From NCBI GenBank assembly GCA_030704615.1, contig CM060731.1, positions 31,620,001 through 31,684,000 of the forward strand: a stretch of 64,000 nt of DNA, read 5' to 3'. Shown in pieces: positions 1 to 13,300 of the stretch. The notes beneath the pieces were generated by a model. The model had not been told where the DNA came from and made no database searches. It saw only the letters and a list, made by a program, of their open reading frames with translations. The translations under genes were made by a program, and so were the position numbers. Origin of the DNA: Takakia lepidozioides. Its lineage: Eukaryota > Plantae > Bryophyta. Positions within the stretch are counted from its first letter, which is position 1. Every line of letters begins with the position of its first letter.

Positions 1-3000
1 GAGTCTGAGGCAAGGCCTTGCTTCGCGATTGACTTGACTTTCAAAAGCAGCTGTTTCCGGTCAACTGCCTTGTCTGTTGTGGAGATCCCATTGAGCTCCA
101 TAAGGCGTACATCCTCGTCATCAAAGCTGGTTCCTCTTTCAAAATCAAGTGTCCTAGGTGATCTAACAGCATTTTGATTCAGGGGTGCATTCCTTAGCTC
201 CAATAAGAGCGAGGAAGAGTAACCGTCCCCATCTCTCTCAAAAAACTTGGAAATCTCCTCCAGAGTCTTCCCTTTTGTTTCTGGGGTGTAAATGTAGATG
301 AAGATTATTGACAGGAATGAAATGGCAGCAAACAAGGAAAAAGTTCCGGCGGTAGTGATAGCATCAGAGATAGATAGGAAAGTAAGGGCCACCGTACCAC
401 TTGCAAGTCGGTTCATGACAACGCCGAGGCCCATAGCCTGAGCTCGCAACCTTAAAGGGAAAATCTCTGAAGTGAGAACCCAACAAATGGGGCCAAACCC
501 AATGGAGAAGAATGCAACAAATGAGCAGATTGCTAGAATGGCCAGCACTGCAACAAATCCCGACCCATGTTTTACACCATCAAGGACAACAGGAAGCTTG
601 TCATCTGAAGAGGGCGTTGGAGCACCTAGAAAAACAAATCCAATGGCAAGAGTAGCAAGAGACACAGTCATCCCCACAGAGCTTGTAAGCAGCAATGGTC
701 GCCGGCCAATACGGTCAAGCCAGATGGTGGCAACCAAGACAAAGAAAGTCTTTGAAAATCCGACAGCAATGGTTGCTGCAAGCACCCCAGTTTTGCTGCT
801 GATGCCAGCTTGGTTGAACACTGCAGGGCTGTAGTAAACAGTGGCATCAATGCCTGAAGCTTGCTGAAAAAACTGAATGCCAAGGGCAAGGACAAGCATT
901 CGCCTCACTGTGGGCGTGGGCCACAAAAGCTCTCGCCAGATCCCTGCCCCTTGGCTTCCTGGACCCTGCAGCCACACACACACACATTATAGGCCAGTGC
1001 TCCCCTTGTAGAAACACGTAACGTGAGATCGAATATGCTGGTGGATTTAAAACAAGTTGAATCATGTTTCATTGACCAGATTGAGGTCTGAACCACCCCT
1101 ACCGTTTGCAATGTCATGCGATCCGAGCCATTCTGAGGTGTTTCTGAGTGCCCATCTAGAACATCAGACCTTGTGAGTCCTGCAGCTTCCATAATCTCCA
1201 CAAGCCGCAGATTAGCCTCAGCTTTGTCACTTGACGTCTTGAGCAATACATCCTCAGCTTCCTCAATCCGCTTTTTCATGACAAGCCAACGTGGAGACTC
1301 GGGCATAACCAGCACACCAACTGCAAGACAAATGGCTGGCGCCATTCCCAATCCTAGCATCAACCGCCAGCTCAAGTGGGCTGGTAGGCCCGAAAGAAGG
1401 AAACTAACTATGTACCCAAGAAGAATGCCAATGTTGATGAAGATTTCAGGAAGTGAAACAAGTAAGCCCCGGCTACTTGCTGGCGAGACTTCAGCAGTGT
1501 AGACAGGAGCTATCATGAGTGCAAACCCAACACCGATGCCTGCAAGTATTCGCCCCACCATGAGCACTGAAAAAGTGGGAGCAAACCCCATTACTGCAGC
1601 ACCGACCAGAAAAAACAATGCTGCAACGCCCATAGTTCCTCTCCGTCCAATGGCATCGGCCAAGCGACCAGCAGCTGCTGCCCCCAAGAGAGAGACTAAA
1701 TTCAATGAACCCACTAGCGCCTCCTCCTGCAGCTCCTGGATGGCAAGATCCTCTTTTATGAAGAGCACAGCGCCACTGATAATACCAGCATCTGCAGTTC
1801 CCATGCCAGATTGAGTCTATGCGCTACATTTGAGCAAACAAAAACACATTTCGATCCGGTACCCACACTATGGGCCCAAGACACCCTCACTCTCATTCAA
1901 GGCAACCGCCTTCCAGAGTTGATTTGCATCCGTCGAGGACTTCACAAACTACTGGCTGACAGAAGTGTTGAGTACCTTGTGAAGATGCACTATCTTCTTC
2001 CCCAAAAGATTCATGGGCAATTATCTTCACTTACTCCACCTCTGGAGCACTTCACACTGACAACCATTAGTCCAGCATTGTAGGATAAAGAACAGTTGTC
2101 AATATCATCTGTGCAAGTGAGTGAGTACAGACAGGATAGACAAAATATTGCAGATAAATCTCAGCAGATCAACAAGTAATTTTGTCTAAGACATTCTTTG
2201 CATCCAACAATCCAGCTCTGGACAGGTGGAAGGTGGAGCTTCCAAAAGGATCAGTAACATGGGCCAGGAGGTGCAGAAAGGTGTAGAGTTTGTTCATGTC
2301 CATGAAAGAATTCTTGATCATGAGTTTTGCAGAACAATATACTCTTCGCACCAGCTGTCCAATTTCGCCAAAGGTGATGGTCAAAATGGTCTCCACCAAA
2401 AATGGTGTGTGGTAAATGTATGTCAGGATGTGTCTTTGAAATCAGGTTGAGGACAATACCACCGCATCACTGAACATTTCACTGTTGGGATGTGGAGAAC
2501 CAACGAAGGTATATCTCCAACACTGACCTCCCCTTGCCACTCGATCTGCTGAAGACCACCCAGGGTAAAGTGAATTTGATGGGCCCTGGGTTCCTCAGAG
2601 TCAATCAATGGCTGCAAGGGTCTACACCAATATAATGGCAAAGCATTACACTTCCGGGAATATCCGCTGTTCTTCAGCCGATCAACAAAAAGGCCAGGCC
2701 AGCCAGGTTCTCCAATGGTCAACAGATCTAAGGATGTGAGACACGGAGTGTCCAAGTTCTATGTTTCCACAAGTGTCGCATTAGATTAAAGAACTCTCCG
2801 TGTGCTGAGCTTTCCCTGACGACCAATGTTGACAAGATCTTGCAGGGCGAATCGATCGATTGATGAAACATGGTTGAAGCAGAGCAAGCCAGGAATGCAT
2901 TTTGACAGAAAAAGAGGAGAAAAACAAAAGAACAGGCCCATGGAGATGCTTACCATAACCCAGTAAGGTGGAGTTGAGAGATGCCAAGAGTGCACATCCG

Positions 3001-3188
3001 AGTGCATACTTGTTTAAGTTCTTCCATTCACTTCTGCCTCGGCTGGTACCGGACGTTGACAGTAGCTCATACTTCCCCACAAGCTTAGCTTTCTGACCTC
3101 CATCATCCGCCTCCAAGCCCCTTGGGCTGTGCCCACGCTGGTTCCCATTCACTGCATCGGGTATGATTTCCCGCTCATCTTGCGCCAT
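1..3188 (-). CDS. Polyol/monosaccharide transporter (MFS sugar porter, PLT/PMT-like), 3' end beyond the window; exons 3188-2954, 1791-1103, 965-<1
   Basis: Spliced translation gives YALGCALLASLNSTLLGY|DAGIISGAV, GRLADAIGRR, PESPRWLV and QFFQQASGIDATVYYSP, with a PETKG motif near 280. GT-AG junctions are phase-consistent and the frame stays open to position 1. Confidence 0.93.
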
Positions 3189-4345
3189 AATGGTGAGCTA
3201 TGCCACCTCAACCAGTCTCTCTCCACCAGCACCAACCCATCAAAGCATTTTGCTGCAGCTACCAGCTTCCCTGAAAGGCTGTAGCTTCAGCTTTAGAGAC
3301 AACCATCTGCATCATTGATTCCCCCGACTCTCCTCTACTTCCTCTCGTTCAAGTCGAGCACGAGAGAGCGAAAGACTTTCTAACACTGAGCTAACAGATC
3401 AAAATTTCATCCGTTCAAAAACTAGATTTTGACTATCTAGTAACCAATCAAGATTTGCCCGACGAGGCCTCCGAGAAAGTCTGGTCCTTGACCCGAGAGT
3501 GCGATAGCAGCGGACCTTTCTAGTTCTTGTCCTGTTTGGAATTATCACGGGGTCATCTGTCTATTGCATATCTGAAAAGATCGTTGTGGATCCGTTTGAT
3601 AGACACTCTCAATCTATCTTTCGCTGCCTCTGTTTTGGCTGCCCAAAAAACTTGGGTTAAGCTTCTTGCAGCTCGTTAGAGACTCTCTGTGGACCCCCGT
3701 TGCAGAGTCCTGCGACTCTCGAGGGTGAGGAGGGATTCTTCGCCGAAGAGTCCCCAAGCAGCAATTTGTTTGGGCAGTTTATGCCCCCCCCCCTCCCTCC
3801 GTGGAGACCTGGCCTCTCTCATCTATCTCCCCCGAGTTCCATTCTGTCTCCTGGTTTTGAGTGGAAACATCACTGGAAAATAAAGGCAAAAACCCAGCTC
3901 GACCTAGATTTCCCGAGCAGCTGTCTTCGGTTTTTTCCCTCATCATGTCTGGTCGAGTCTCGTTGTAGATTTTGGGTTCCACAGATGACGACAGTTACAG
4001 TTTTTGTTCGTGGCATTTCTCCATCTTCAGCTCATTATTCTCTCTTCATCGTTCTGCAATTTTTGTTCTCTTATTTCCCTTCCTCCTCTAGCCTATTGTT
4101 CGTTTCATCGATGGCTTTCTCCTCTGTGTAGGTTTTGAGCCTTGCTCCAGGCCTTTTTCCAGTTTGTCCTGTCTTCTGCCTTGAGATTTTGGAAGTGATG
4201 TGCAAAATGTCAAAGAGCAAAAAGTTGACATGTAGAATGTGCACAGGAACTTCATAACCGATGTAAATTTAGTGATGCATAAGACAATGCATGATGGCTT
4301 GATGTGCTATATGATAAGCTTCTTCACATTGTACACAAGCCCAAG

Positions 4346-6285
4346 TCATACCATCATCTCCTCAAGATCGGCCTCAAATATAAACTCTCCTTTGGAAAGA
4401 CTGCTAGCTTCAGCCAATATCTGGTTAACATCCAGAATCTTTTCCTCATTGCTTGAACCCTGCAAAGATGTAATCTGTTAGAGAAATCGGCTAGCTTGCA
4501 TACTGTAGAATGACTTAGCTAAGACATCACCATGCCTAAACTGCATCACGGATGGGTGCTTGACATTTTAGACTACCCAAGTCTAAGACATAGAGCCCCA
4601 CAAGCACAATCTTTGGGGGTAGCATCAATGTTTGGACTCAAGCAATCTGTTTACAGGGCTTGTAGCCCTTAAAACTGATCTTCCAATATACGTGACTGGG
4701 TCACCACACATCCTACCTTGCAACAGGGTAACCTTGCACCTAGGCCTAAGTACATTAAAACCATGTAAACCCATCGCCTATCCAGTGGGCTATCTGTTGA
4801 AAGCTTCCTAGCCCCAAACTATAAAGGCAGAGAAAGCCACATTTGTCATGTCACACCAAAACCTTTTACAAAGGGAGACTGGCAAGGTCAAACTCAATCT
4901 ACAAACCGGCATTGCTTTTTAATTAGTTGCTTTCTGCACAACCTGTGAGTGTTTTGAAAGGCTGAAGGATGTTCCTCTAAAGAAAGAAGTGGAAAAAAGA
5001 GGAAGTGGGGGTTACAGTGCACACACCAAGAGTTCAGGAACCTCATTGACAACATCCTTGACGACATCCCGTGTGATTATGCCTTGCATCTGGTCACATT
5101 CCAATCCCCATGATGCATGTTCAGAAAGTCACAACTAATGACTTGGACAAGATAGGTGTTGCTTTGAACTACACTAAGACGCAAAAACTGGTACGAAAAC
5201 AGCTGAGAATCTAAATTGAAGCAGAAATCTGACAATTACTGACCTCCTCAGAATGGTAATCTTTCTCAAATTCAAGCATGGTTGATTTCGCTACCATGGC
5301 CTCAAATTGAGCTCCCACACCTGCAACATTTGGTGCTGATTCCTTACTTCCACTGCAACTCCCGCTACTGCTGCCACTACCCCCACAGCAACTGCTCCCA
5401 TTTCCCTCTGCCTCACACACACCTCTGAATATATCCCGTCCTTTATTGCACATCAAGCCCTGCTCGACAAAACACAGGTTAGTCTCTGAACTGCTAGTCT
5501 ACTCCAACACCTGTTATTGCAGGAATGGGCATTGTTTTCTTTGGCAACTCTTTCATATGCTTTTCTCGTAATGCTGGAAATTCACCTGTCACGCTATCAA
5601 ATATGATCAACATCGATCGTTGTACTACGAGAACTAGAAATGTTGATCATCTTTTCAAACACAAAGTACAAATTAAGCCTCAGGACTCGCATTTCCTCCT
5701 CCACCTCTCTCTGAACATATCCGCGGAATGCAGTCCATATGAGCTCCAATTTAAGTCACCTCCTAGCACCAGATCTGGCAGCTAGACCTTAAGAAGGGTT
5801 GATTTAAGTGCCCTGATTTCCTTCAACCTTACCACGATTCTATTTCCTCAATACTCATTTTGAAATTGGCAATGATAGGCAGAGATCACAACATCCAAAG
5901 CATCGGGAGGACATGTTACAGTACATTTATCTTGCAAAAGTTACACCCTTCAAATAAGCATCCAGTGTACGAATGGTGATGGCAAATGCCATCAAACATC
6001 CAGAACGGAAAAAAACGGAATGCCTGACGATTGGGAATGAAACATGCCACAGCCAACAATGTGGAGCTGCTGAAGCAAATGGTAACGAAACTACCATCAA
6101 ACATAAATGCATACTAGACAACACACATACAGCAGAAAAAGAAATGCACGTACAAATGCTGGCATTGATCTCGAGAAGCTCACAGAGGCTGGTTTATTCC
6201 TGAGCTCCTGTGAACCGAAAGGTGCAATTGATGCTGCAGAGAGCTGCATCGAAGTCTGCAAACCAACGGTGTGACAGACAGCCAT
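4346..6285 (-). CDS. Unknown ~169-aa protein with a transit-peptide-like N-terminus; exons 6285-6154, 5459-5244, 5089-5042, 4459-4346
   Basis: Four phase-0 GT-AG exons (132, 216, 48, 114 nt) join from ATG to TGA. The N-terminus is Ser/Ala-rich and acid-poor; the C-terminus is acidic (EEMQGIITRDVVKDVVNEGSSNEEKILDVNQILAEAS...EEMMV*). Family not recognised. Confidence 0.7.
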
Positions 6286-7229
6286 GGCAGGAGCTTTGAA
6301 AGATGCTGAAGCTGTAGCCACAGCGATCTTCGTCCAGAATGTCTAAACTTCGCAAATGGAACTTTCTGACAACTCAGAAACTCCAAAACCCAAATGCAGG
6401 AGAGGTATTACAGCTCAAGCAGTGGCAGGAAGCATCCAATGCAGGAAATATGGCAGCGATCAAACACCGCATCAGCTCCACCGAAGAAAAGCCGCCTGGA
6501 ACTCTGGACGCTGGACAACTCAGCGACGAGAGTGCTACCTCCTACACATCTTCTCCATCTTTTTCCTCCAACGGTTTTGGATACATTGGGAAGGAACATC
6601 CAACGGCCAAGAGGACGGACTTTGTTAGCCACGTGGAAATCTTTTAAGCTCAGATTGGCTTCTGAGATTGCATTTATATCCGAAGTGATAAACGGATGAT
6701 AACGTGGATGAGGATCATCCAAAGAAGCCTGGAAGAACCCTAGGCTGAGCCATCCATACTGCCGCCCATTCTACGCGCTTTGTAACACCCTTGTTTTCTC
6801 TGGGGATTAGACTAGTTCCGTGCGGAACATTGGAATGGGGCCCCTCCTCACAGATTTCTGCCCCTGAGCCCTTCTGAGGGAAAAATAGGATCTCTATGTG
6901 AGCTTCGCAGAAGATGGAGGGAGATGGCAGTAAGTTAGGATTTGCGAGCTTGTGGAATGACCGAGTATGGGAGGAGTGGGCCCGGATCCATGGTGCGCTG
7001 GGGGTCTGACGATGTAGCATTCAGTGTACCCTGGCCAGGCATTTTGTTTGGCGCGCTTCACCGCTTGGGGTCTTGGGGATTGATCGTGATGTGAAGGCGT
7101 GTTCGACATTTGAGGGGTTTTGTAGGCTTTGTTCGGAGTGGGGGAGGTAGAAGAGAGTTGAATTTTCGATCTCCCGAGAGTGTTTGAGGTTCCAGAGGAA
7201 GTCAAGAAGGAGCAGAAGAGTGAGTGAGG

Positions 7230-8392
7230 ATGGGCACCCTGATAGGCCACATCGTGCCAGCTCTCGTATTGATCGCAGTTGGATTTTGGCATCTTCTGTC
7301 GTCTTTCAGCAGCTATGCTAAAGCACCCGCGAATTACAGTGCCAAGGCATGGTACCCAGTGGGGTGGCTCCCAAGCAGGCTCAAGCATGTAGAGCTTTAC
7401 ATTATGGTGGCGTTGATTCCCCTGGCAATATTCTACGAGCTTGGGATCTCCACCAGCTTCCACCCTTTTGTTGATGGCGCCATAGCCGGCAATCGAGTGA
7501 CCAGCTTTGAGCATGCCACCGTCCTCATCATGTTTTGGTTGTTTGCTTTGTTTGTGTTGCTCAGTGAAACTACGGCAGCATTGCCATTGCCCATAGAGGC
7601 GTCGTTTTTGTTTGCGAGCCTGGCATTTGCAGTTGAGTGGATATCAATCAGACATGAGGCTGCACAGACCCTTGGGCTGGAAAGCCAGTGTAACATACTA
7701 CTTTCGTACATCGCCTGTGTATGCGCAGTGGGTGCAGGTAAAAGCCTCTCCTTAACCCCTCTGTTCCTCGCTGCTGATTGTGCGTGTGTGATATACAGTG
7801 TTGTTTGGACTTTGTTCTAAAGTCTGTGAAAGTCAACCCTATGATTTCCCTCAGTAATTCCCTGCATAACTTTAGAAATAGAAAGCCCCCTGGCAAGATG
7901 CACATATATGTGCATTAGTACCAACGTGTTTTTTTAGAAGATCTCGAGGGTTTGGAATTTGTATTTACTATCCAAGACAAAGTGGATTTTCTGGCAGGCG
8001 CTCTGGCTCTTCGGCCAAAGAACTTCTTGGTGGATGTGGTGCTGTGCATGGGCCTCGTCTTGCAAGGAACGTGGTTGATTCAGATTGGTCTATCCCTTTA
8101 TGTGGAGGCGTACATTCCTCAGGGATGCCATTACAGACTCGATCTTCCTAGTGCAATTGACGGCTCTACACAGTGTGACATAGAGGAGGCAAAGATCCGG
8201 GCCATAGCTCTCATGAACTTGGCATTTAATTGTCACGTGATCCTGGTAGTGCTGTTTTCTGTATTGGCGTTTGCTGTGGTGGCAAAGCTCCATGGACATC
8301 GGCAGCAGGGCTATGACCCTCTTGTCCAGGAGTCGGATCCTGAGTTTTTGCAATTGAAAGTCCTACCGAAACTCAGTTTTGACAAGCGATAG
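7230..8392 (+). CDS. TMEM45/DUF716-family multi-pass membrane protein; exons 7230-7737, 7998-8392
   Basis: Starts MGTLIGHIVPA and contains SFEHAT and LVLQGTWLIQIG, typical of plant DUF716/TMEM45. One phase-1 GT-AG intron. Confidence 0.88.
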
Positions 8393-10317
8393 ATAGCTCT
8401 TTACTTGACAGGTGATTTGCCCCATAAGCAATGATCAAATGTCTTGTACAAACATATAGGAGAGTTTACAGGGGAGGGTTTTGGAAGAGAGAGCAGTGAT
8501 CTTGCAGGCTCCTCGTTCTTGTTAAAAAGGGATTGCAAGCAATGTGTATGCAGTGCAGCTTTGGACTGGGGCTTTAACCCTTTGGAATTGTAAATGCATT
8601 GGATCGATTCACACCCACAACAATCTCAGATTTTCAGTAGGCCAGATACTCTGATTCCAGGGGCATACGACTGTAAGTATTTCAGAGTTACTCAAAAGGC
8701 TGTGAGCAGGTACTACATTCCAGTAGAATCGCACTTATCTCAAATCCTCCTAAGTATTGAAGACTGCGACGAATCTCACGGCTAGTTGGGGCTAGATGAG
8801 GCGTGCAAGTCAAGGAGAGGTGTTCGCCTAAGACTGAGTTTTATCTGCACCAGCGTTTGAATCTTGTCTTGTTGCTGAAGTAGCACAGAGATGATTACGG
8901 AAACTGCCATCATCCTGAACTGAGTGGGTCTTCCCTCGCTGTGGCACCTGTTTTGGAGAGTTATGGGAGTGAGATTTGATCTCATGTCATTGTGTTGCAA
9001 TCAGTATGAAGTAATCTGCTGTAGTGGTCTAGCTTGAACTTCCTGAGCAAGACTCTCTTTGGCGAGCCCACTTGTTTTGGTCTTTACTCTTCACGTGAAG
9101 ATATAGTCTAGCATCCAAATACATTGAGCATGTATCTGCGTCATGCAGTCTAAATCTGGAATGGTGAGTTCACAGCTTAGTTGCCTTTTGTCGCATTTTG
9201 GGTATCTGCAAAATCAGTGCAATGACAACACACCCAGCTACTTCAAATCAAGATATGCGAAAAGGAAAGTGACCCGGTGATGAGAGCTACAGTCTGACAA
9301 CTTTTTCATTTGTCCAGTGACCACTGTAAGCATCAAACACGCCAACATTGGCATAGAAGAGGATGAGCCTCCTTTGCTATTCAGAGTTTTCATGTGTTTG
9401 TGGAGCTGCTTTACTCTCCCTATAGCCCTTTTAAGGGTGGAGGAGGTATACAGTATCAAAGGAAGCATTGCCTGTTTGAGTAATAAGACCGAAAGGGGCA
9501 TGTAGGATCTCAAATCTCACCAAACTAGGTGGCTCATCAGTCTTGGGTCTCTCATTTTTATACTTCCCCAAAAAGTATCTTTGCAATCAATGTTGCGGTT
9601 GGACCATCTCGTATCCCTGGCAATTAAATTCAGCATCTTCAATTTTCTGGCAGTAATAATCAGCTCGGATATTAGACCAGCAATTTGTGGCCCCCAGACC
9701 CATAATGTCCATCGCTGAGATTCGTGTCCCGCAAAAAAGAATGCACCCTCAACCATGAGCCCCTCTACTTACCATAGCACCACCAACAATGAGACTAGGG
9801 CATATGCTCTACAGGGATGTGATACAGATACAGCCCATTCTTACAGCAAATGTTTCCTTTTTAATTCTGATAAATATCTTGTTGTTCTGGCATATTCTGA
9901 ACATAGAGAACCAGGAACAACAGACTCAAGATCAATCGAAGTGCAGAAAAGCAGAGAATTGTCACTGTAGTATGCCTGCAGTGACGCATTACTCTTAGTG
10001 CATGAACTTAGTATCAATCTATTCAACAACATCTGTAACCCAATGCAGCGAACTCTTAACTCCAACACAATACATAAATCATTAGGTGGCAGGCCTTCCC
10101 TATGCACCTGCCTGGAGAGATCAGTCGAAGTTTCACCTGGTTGAAAATGTGATAACTCACATACCCAGGCGGACATCTTTCTCCATCCCCAAATACTGTT
10201 GACAAACCCCTACAGGTTCCCTGCATGAATACCTCACTTGACATCTCCACCTTCATAAATGTAGTACAAAAACTCTATTGGCTCAGAGAACCGCATCGAT
10301 GTACCTCCAGCAACTAC

Positions 10318-13300
10318 CTAGGGGAAAGCCTCTGATGAAAGAGCCTCGGGATCAGTTAGAAAAAGGGTGCTAGGTGACTTAACTTCTACAATTTGTTCCT
10401 CTCCATCTGAATCGTCACTTGAATCCTTACAGTAAGGGCTCACTTTCAGGAGAGGGAGAGACTCTAGCGGTAGTGTGAGGCGGAGACTCTCGTGACTGAG
10501 CCCCCTCCGTTTAGAACTTGCTGGTCTCTCCTGGTAATTACGTGCGTCTTGCAGTCTGTAGGACGATGCAAATTGCTTTCCCACTATCCTTCTCACCAAA
10601 TCTGAGTACGACTGACTGTGGGAATGGGAGGGCCAGCTTGCTCTTCCCTGGGCCCCAGCTTTCCCGCTCTTGCTATGGGAGGGCCAGCTTGCCCGTTCCT
10701 GGGCCCCAGCTTTCCAGCTCTTGCTCAACCCCTTGACCTGTCACAGCACCTCTCAGTAGAGTCAAGAAAATAATCTGGATAAATCCTGATAGAGGATGTA
10801 CTCATAAGACGTTGTTTGCCGTAGCCTCGTGGCCATTGACCCCGCACCCAGAGAGAGAAAAGAGGAACAACAAAGAAAGAAACAAGGAAAGAAAGAGAGC
10901 CTGTCTACCACATCCACTCAAGTTGCAAAGGGTCCGCTGTTGCCTTTCTTGCTTAATGACATCCATCCTCAACTTCAGCTCCACCATGTCCACTGTGCCA
11001 AATTTTGGATGATGGAAGCTTGGAAATCAGGCCAGTTAGCAGGTTTGGGGTTTTGTGAGAAGAAGAAAATCCCCACCACATCCAGAGGAGCCCCAGAGGG
11101 CCTCTGTGACATGGAACAAAACTAGTTACTAAATGAGAACCATCTGAATGACCCAGTTGACCAAATAAATCCAAAGAACAGATCAAAAAGCCAACATTGC
11201 AAGAAGACCCAAAGAGGTGTACTCATTGACCCTCCCTGCAAGAGTGGGGTGAATATCCTTCAGGGTCTAGTCCGCAACCATCCCGGAGCTAGATGCGGGG
11301 TTTCGGACTATGAAATAGACTGAAAGAACAAGGCTCATTCCAGCACTGCTCTACACCCTTCTAGCTAGAAACAAATGTGACTGCTGGTCACACTGATATG
11401 GTTTGCATGGCCCCACTTGCAACTAAGCGGTTTGCAAATGGATCACACAAAAGTTATGGGGGCAGTAGCGAAAATGAGGAGAGATCCTTGAGGTTCAAAT
11501 AGATGGAGACTTATTTGGCTATCTAACCCTAAATCCAGCACCATGACACCTAAAAACTCACGCAGACACAGCTCCTCATGGGGTGTACAGGAGATGGAGA
11601 AACAAAGGAGAGGGACAAAAGAAACATACACCAATGTGAGCAAGGCAAACTCACATTTGATAGGCAACCTAGATAAAAAGATAGGCACATCCAAAGTAAA
11701 GAGGAGCATTCGAGATGAAAACAAAAGGCCCTGGGACAAGACCTCAAGAAAAGAAACAACAAAGAGGAAGGAAACCAGAAAGAATGTTATCTCATCATTT
11801 ACGTCAATCCAAGTGAACAAGACAATCAACTACATACTGTATAAAAATGACTGCAAGAGGTAAGACATAGGAAGTATCACAGGACTTGTAATGATAACTG
11901 ACACTCCAATTCAACCCATATCAACCAGTGAAACAAGGAAGTCGTCTACTTAACCTTCGACCTCCGTAAGCAAATCCTCAGTACTCAGTTACATCCCCCG
12001 AACTCACAATGCCTGTGAACATGGAAAACTAACAGAGCAGATGATGATATAATAAAAATATACCTTACTCCCAAAAAGGCTGAGCTCCAGAGCCTTGGCT
12101 GCATATCTAGCTGAGTGAGTCCGCTCCATGCGGTTACTGTCCAAAGTTGCCACATTGGAGGAGATCTCTCCTGCCCCCTCTCCTCTACTCTCTTCTCTCC
12201 TTTCTTGTCTGGGGTCTTTGACCAAATGATCTCGAGATGTGCGGAACGTAGATGGCCAGCTCATAAGACCAATCTCATGGCTAGGGCGCCGCGGCGGTAG
12301 AAGGCTGAGAAGGGAGTGAGAGATACCAGCTGTGGATCTCCCTGAATGCAGTTCAGTTTGCAAATGAAGATCGAGAAAGAGGATTCGGGACCTTGCCTCC
12401 ACACAGAAGTACTTGCCTTGATGTGATGGACTGTTACTTCTATTATCTGCAATGAACAGACAACAGGCAGTGGAGCTCACTGGTGCAATTCTTATCATAT
12501 GTTGGAAATGTCAGACTGCACTCGTGATCTTTGAACTACAAGGCCATATTGTAGCTAACCACTATAACAATATCTGAGCATCTACAGTCGCTGAAGCTAA
12601 CCTCCACTGGCAGCTACAACAAAGGAGTCCAGCCCTTTTGTACTCTTTGGCTTCAACACATTCAGGTCTGCTTGTATTATTCATTACTCACTGCAAAAAG
12701 TAATGACCAATGGAGGAAGATAGATATATATGTTCGCAAAATTCCAGGCATACGTCTCATTCTGAAAGCAGGCACCCACAATGTATGGCAACCAACTACA
12801 AACTCCAACAACTGAGCAATCTACAAGCAAAAACCTTTAGGTCTCAATTCTCCCATTTGAGAATTCTGAGGCAGCAAAGGTTCATTCGCATGGAGTGCTG
12901 CATCATCCCCCCACTGTACGATCCTTTGCTGCAAATATCTGAGCAGCTTCTGAGGAAAGATGTCCTGCCTAATGCTGTATTTCGAAATCCACAAACACCA
13001 ACAACAGTGGGGAGTAAGAAAACACACACCCATTTGTGTTGGATGTGCCTCTCCATTTGAAAACGTAAGGCCGAACGGTGCAGCAAGGACGTCAGTACTG
13101 CCCTCTTGCTTGACAAACCCTTCGAGTAAAACAGCAACCTCATAATGCAACAGCTCAAACACCTCGCCACGAAGGAAGATTCGCATGGTTGAGCCTTCCA
13201 TGATAAGAGCCCGCAGCTCTTGCATGGTCACCAACTCAAACTGCTGTGGCAGGACTACCTTGGCTACCACTAGTGCACTTTCCTATACAGCCATTTTTGC

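Noticed and set aside
472-1814. Plus-strand ORFs of 99-120 aa
   Set aside because: Antisense shadows of the transporter exons.
6339-7020. Overlapping ~100-aa ORFs between divergent genes
   Set aside because: No recognisable domain or splice model; probably promoter or UTR sequence.
9238-10256. Possible gene or duplicated SOS1 piece (EILHAPFGL versus DVLAAPFGL)
   Set aside because: The match is too short and the frames are interrupted by stops.
10900-11300. Possible RTE C-terminal remnant (DMVELKLRMDV) and a further degenerate ATGAGTACA tail near 11219
   Set aside because: Similarity is too weak to call by eye.
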